Translations under genes and position numbers: made by a program
In this document: piece after piece, positions 61,120 to 64,000 of the stretch
How the letters are laid out: each line of letters opens with the position of its first letter
Position numbering within the stretch: position 1 is the stretch's first letter
DNA from: an uncultured Latescibacterota bacterium
GTDB taxonomy: Bacteria > Latescibacterota > UBA2968
Length of the DNA: 64,000 nt
Direction: 5' to 3'
Assembly: GCA_951812755.1 (NCBI GenBank)
Contig: OX638329.1
Location: 5,355,563-5,419,562 of the forward strand
Notes under the pieces: model-generated
Told to the model about the DNA's origin: nothing
Seen by the model: the letters and a program-made list of their open reading frames with translations, nothing else
The model's database searches: none

Positions 61120-62163
61120 GTGAAAGCAGCACAAATCGTCGCACCCAGACGCATCGTGGTCGTCGAAACAGACGAACCACAACTCATGGGTGCCGGACAA
61201 GTAAAAATCCAACTGGAACGGGCCTGTCTTTGCGGTTCTGACGTGCCATTATGGGATTACGACCACAATGAACTGGCAGAAAGCGCGCGCCTCAACCCGC
61301 GCAAAGCAAAACACGTACCATTTGTCGATTATGTCAATGGGGATCCGTATCCCCTGCGCGTCGGCCTCTCGATTCACGAATGCCTCGGCACAGTAGTTGA
61401 ATCGACATCTGACCAATTTCAAACTGGCGATTTTGTACTTGCATTGCCCGAAGCACATACGGGATTGAGCGAATATATTTGCGCCCTCGATAGCCGAACC
61501 ATTCCACTGCCAAAAGGTGCTGTACCCGACGAACAAATTCTGATGACCCAACCCCTGGGCACAGTCGTATGGGCGTGTCAAAAACTGGGCAATATCGTCG
61601 ATAGTGATGTGGCAATTGTCGGACAAGGCCCTATGGGATTGATGTTCACGCACATGCTGGCCAATTTGGGCGCGCGAACCGTAATTGGACTCGACAAATT
61701 GGATTACCGCTTACACACCGCAAAAGAAATGCACGCAACCCATACTGTCAACGTCGATAAAGTCGATCCCGTGGAAGCCATCCGCGAGATCACCAACGGC
61801 AAAATGGCGGATCTGGTGGTCGAAGCGGTCGGCCATCAGACAAAAACGCTCAATTCATGCATGGAACTCGTGCGCCACATGGGCACACTGCTGTGCTTTG
61901 GCGTGCCAGATGATGCGTATTACCCATTTGCATATCCCGAGTTTTTTAGATTAAATCTCAACCTGATTTCTACAGTTGGGCCCAATGTAGTGCCCAATTT
62001 TTCTCTTGCCCGCGACCTGATCGCACAAGGACGTGTTGACGTGGCACCTCTGGTAACACATGTGCTACCCTTTGAACAGATTCAGCACGGGTATGAGTTA
62101 TTTACCGATCGCCTGGATGGGGCCATTAAAGTGGTTATCGATTACAATTCGCTGCGGACCTGA
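61120..62163 (+). CDS. Zinc-binding (MDR) alcohol dehydrogenase family
   Basis: CGSD, HECLG, GQGPMG, VVEAVG. Confidence 0.9.
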   Translation: MKAAQIVAPRRIVVVETDEPQLMGAGQVKIQLERACLCGSDVPLWDYDHNELAESARLNPRKAKHVPFVDYVNGDPYPLRVGLSIHECLGTVVESTSDQFQTGDFVLALPEAHTGLSEYICALDSRTIPLPKGAVPDEQILMTQPLGTVVWACQKLGNIVDSDVAIVGQGPMGLMFTHMLANLGARTVIGLDKLDYRLHTAKEMHATHTVNVDKVDPVEAIREITNGKMADLVVEAVGHQTKTLNSCMELVRHMGTLLCFGVPDDAYYPFAYPEFFRLNLNLISTVGPNVVPNFSLARDLIAQGRVDVAPLVTHVLPFEQIQHGYELFTDRLDGAIKVVIDYNSLRT

Positions 62164-62206
62164 CCAGCGGGACAACTTTGACAAACACAAAAGGAGGTTT
62201 TTACTT

Positions 62207-63793
62207 GTGGCAGCAATGTTTGAATACGGCGCAGTGGTAGGACAACCCGAATCTGATTCTGCGGCTGTAAGCATATTGAGAAAGGGTGGCAATGCAGTTG
62301 ATGCCGCTGTAACAGCGGCATTTCTCGCGTGTGTTCTATCACCTAAATCCTGCGGAATTGGCGGTTATGGCGGCGCGATGACCGCTTATATTGATGGCAA
62401 AGTCGTCTGCGTTGACTTTAATACTGTCGCGCCCAAAGAGGCCCATGACAGAATGTTTCGCGTAACGCGCTCCGATGGGCGATTTGGTTCTGCTGTCAGC
62501 GGTTATGCCAATGCAATAGGTTATAAGGCGATCTCCGTTCCCGGCGTACTGGCAGGTCTTGCTCTGGCTCTGGAAAAGTTCGGCAAAATGCCACTATCCG
62601 AAGTACTCGCACCTGCTATTCGCGCATGTGAACGCGGTTTTCGGGTATCGGCAAACTACGCTGCGGGTGTTGCCCAAAGCGAAGCGCGCATTCGCGAATT
62701 CCCAGAAACAGCCCGCTTATTGATGATCAGTGGCGAAGTGCCCAAGAGTGGAGACCGTGCGCAAAACCCCTATTTGGGCAGAATGCTCAGTCAGATTGCA
62801 GACAAAGGCGTACGTGAATTTTATGAGGGACGCATCGCAGAGCGCATTGTCAAACACATTCGGGATAACGGGGGGATTTTAACCCGAGATGATCTGGCAA
62901 ATTACGAAGCTCAGATCGTTGACCCCGTACAAACGGCTTGCTTGGAATACGATGTGTACAGTTCGCCCCTTTGCAGTGCTGGATTGAGCCTGGCACAAAT
63001 GTGTGCCATAGCCGACGAAGCCGAATTAGATCTCTACGCGCGAGACTCCGCCCGATTGGCCCACGGCATGATTGAAATTATTCGCGCAGCATGGATGGAC
63101 CGCTATCGGCATTTTGGCGATCCAAAGCAAATACCTGTAGATACAGACATGTTGATGTCGGATATCAATATCGGTGCAAACGCCAAAGAAATTGCCACTT
63201 ATATTGCCGAAGGAAAACGCGGTCAATCATTATTGCGACCGTTTTATACGGGTGGCACGACACATATTTGCACAATAGACGCGCAAAGCAATATGGTCGC
63301 GCTTACCCTCACACACGGACCGGGCTATGGGTCTTTTGTAACAATTCCTCGCATGGGTCTATTGCTAAATGCGGGCATGTCGCGATTTGATCCCGGGGGA
63401 GGCTTAAAAAACTCAATTGCCCCCGGCAGAGCACCAATTATGAACATGTGCCCAACCATTGTGGTGCAAGATGGCGAGCCTGTCCTGACTGTGGGCGCAT
63501 CTGGTGGCACGCGCATCCCATCGTCTGTCTTTCAGGTTTTGGCGCGAAGATTAGTACTCGACGAAGACCCCGAATGGTCCATCGCAGCCCCTCGGGTACA
63601 TTCCGAAGGCAATGAATGGGTAGGCATAGAAGAAGAGTTCGGCGAAGCTGCGCCAGACTACCTCAAGTCAACCGGTTACAAAATAAATACAAAGGGCGCA
63701 GTCGCCGCCAATGTTCGGATGATTGAGATCGTGGAAGAAGGATTGCTGGCTATGTACGATCCGCGCATGAAGGCGCGAGAAAAAGGGTATTAA
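62207..63793 (+). CDS. Gamma-glutamyltransferase family protein
   Basis: GGNAVDAA, VPG, TTH autocleavage site, GASGG; RBS AGGAGG. Confidence 0.9.
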   Translation: MAAMFEYGAVVGQPESDSAAVSILRKGGNAVDAAVTAAFLACVLSPKSCGIGGYGGAMTAYIDGKVVCVDFNTVAPKEAHDRMFRVTRSDGRFGSAVSGYANAIGYKAISVPGVLAGLALALEKFGKMPLSEVLAPAIRACERGFRVSANYAAGVAQSEARIREFPETARLLMISGEVPKSGDRAQNPYLGRMLSQIADKGVREFYEGRIAERIVKHIRDNGGILTRDDLANYEAQIVDPVQTACLEYDVYSSPLCSAGLSLAQMCAIADEAELDLYARDSARLAHGMIEIIRAAWMDRYRHFGDPKQIPVDTDMLMSDINIGANAKEIATYIAEGKRGQSLLRPFYTGGTTHICTIDAQSNMVALTLTHGPGYGSFVTIPRMGLLLNAGMSRFDPGGGLKNSIAPGRAPIMNMCPTIVVQDGEPVLTVGASGGTRIPSSVFQVLARRLVLDEDPEWSIAAPRVHSEGNEWVGIEEEFGEAAPDYLKSTGYKINTKGAVAANVRMIEIVEEGLLAMYDPRMKAREKGY

Positions 63794-63795
63794 AT

Positions 63796-63851
63796 GTAGG
63801 TGGCGGTTGAACTGCTATCGCAGTTGTACATCACTCCAAACCGCCACCTAC
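63796..63851. repeat. GTAG-type REP-like inverted repeat
   Basis: GTAGGTGGCGGTT ... AACCGCCACCTAC. Confidence 0.6.
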
Positions 63852-63889
63852 CCTCACGTCATACGTCTCACCTTTTAAGGAGAGCACTC

Positions 63890-64000
63890 ATGGAAAACTA
63901 TCCCTTTGGCAGTGGGCGTCCCGATCCAGCATCGTTTCCCAAGCGGGAATTGGCCGAAGCCGCCATGCGTATTTTGCCCGAGATGGGCAATGAACTGGCA
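63890..64000 (+). CDS. PLP-dependent aminotransferase, N-terminus (truncated by window edge)
   Basis: MENYPFGSGRPDPASFP motif; RBS AAGGAG. Confidence 0.6.
   Translation, partial: MENYPFGSGRPDPASFPKRELAEAAMRILPEMGNELA

Overview
Bacterial genomic window rich in sulfatases, PhyH/TauD dioxygenases, ankyrin proteins and Rpn nucleases. This content resembles sponge-associated Latescibacterota/Poribacteria-type genomes (inference only). The main discovery is a putative RiPP locus at about 20.8-34.3 kb. An unannotated 59-aa precursor (31609-31788) has a SCIFF/CteA-like leader but only one Cys and an Asp/Trp/Phe-rich tail. It lies directly upstream of an RRE-radical SAM-SPASM enzyme, behind a near-consensus sigma-54 promoter with three GTGCATCC-N4-GGATGCAC enhancer palindromes and an IHF-like site. 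It is flanked by a 1597-aa Ser/Thr kinase-AAA-TPR-GAF-sigma54 activator and a second activator with no sensor domain. A YtrA-ABC-CPBP protease export/immunity-like module lies upstream. A second accessory block (41-45 kb) looks like a defence island: a full Rpn with an internal RBS/start, two stand-alone Rpn C-terminal modules, an HNH nuclease, BrnTA and a frameshifted TGT-like remnant. Two MITE families (two copies each, 5-bp target duplications), a heptamer repeat in an EndoQ-UvrD linker and several duplication scars are also visible. No rRNA, tRNA or CRISPR array was seen.
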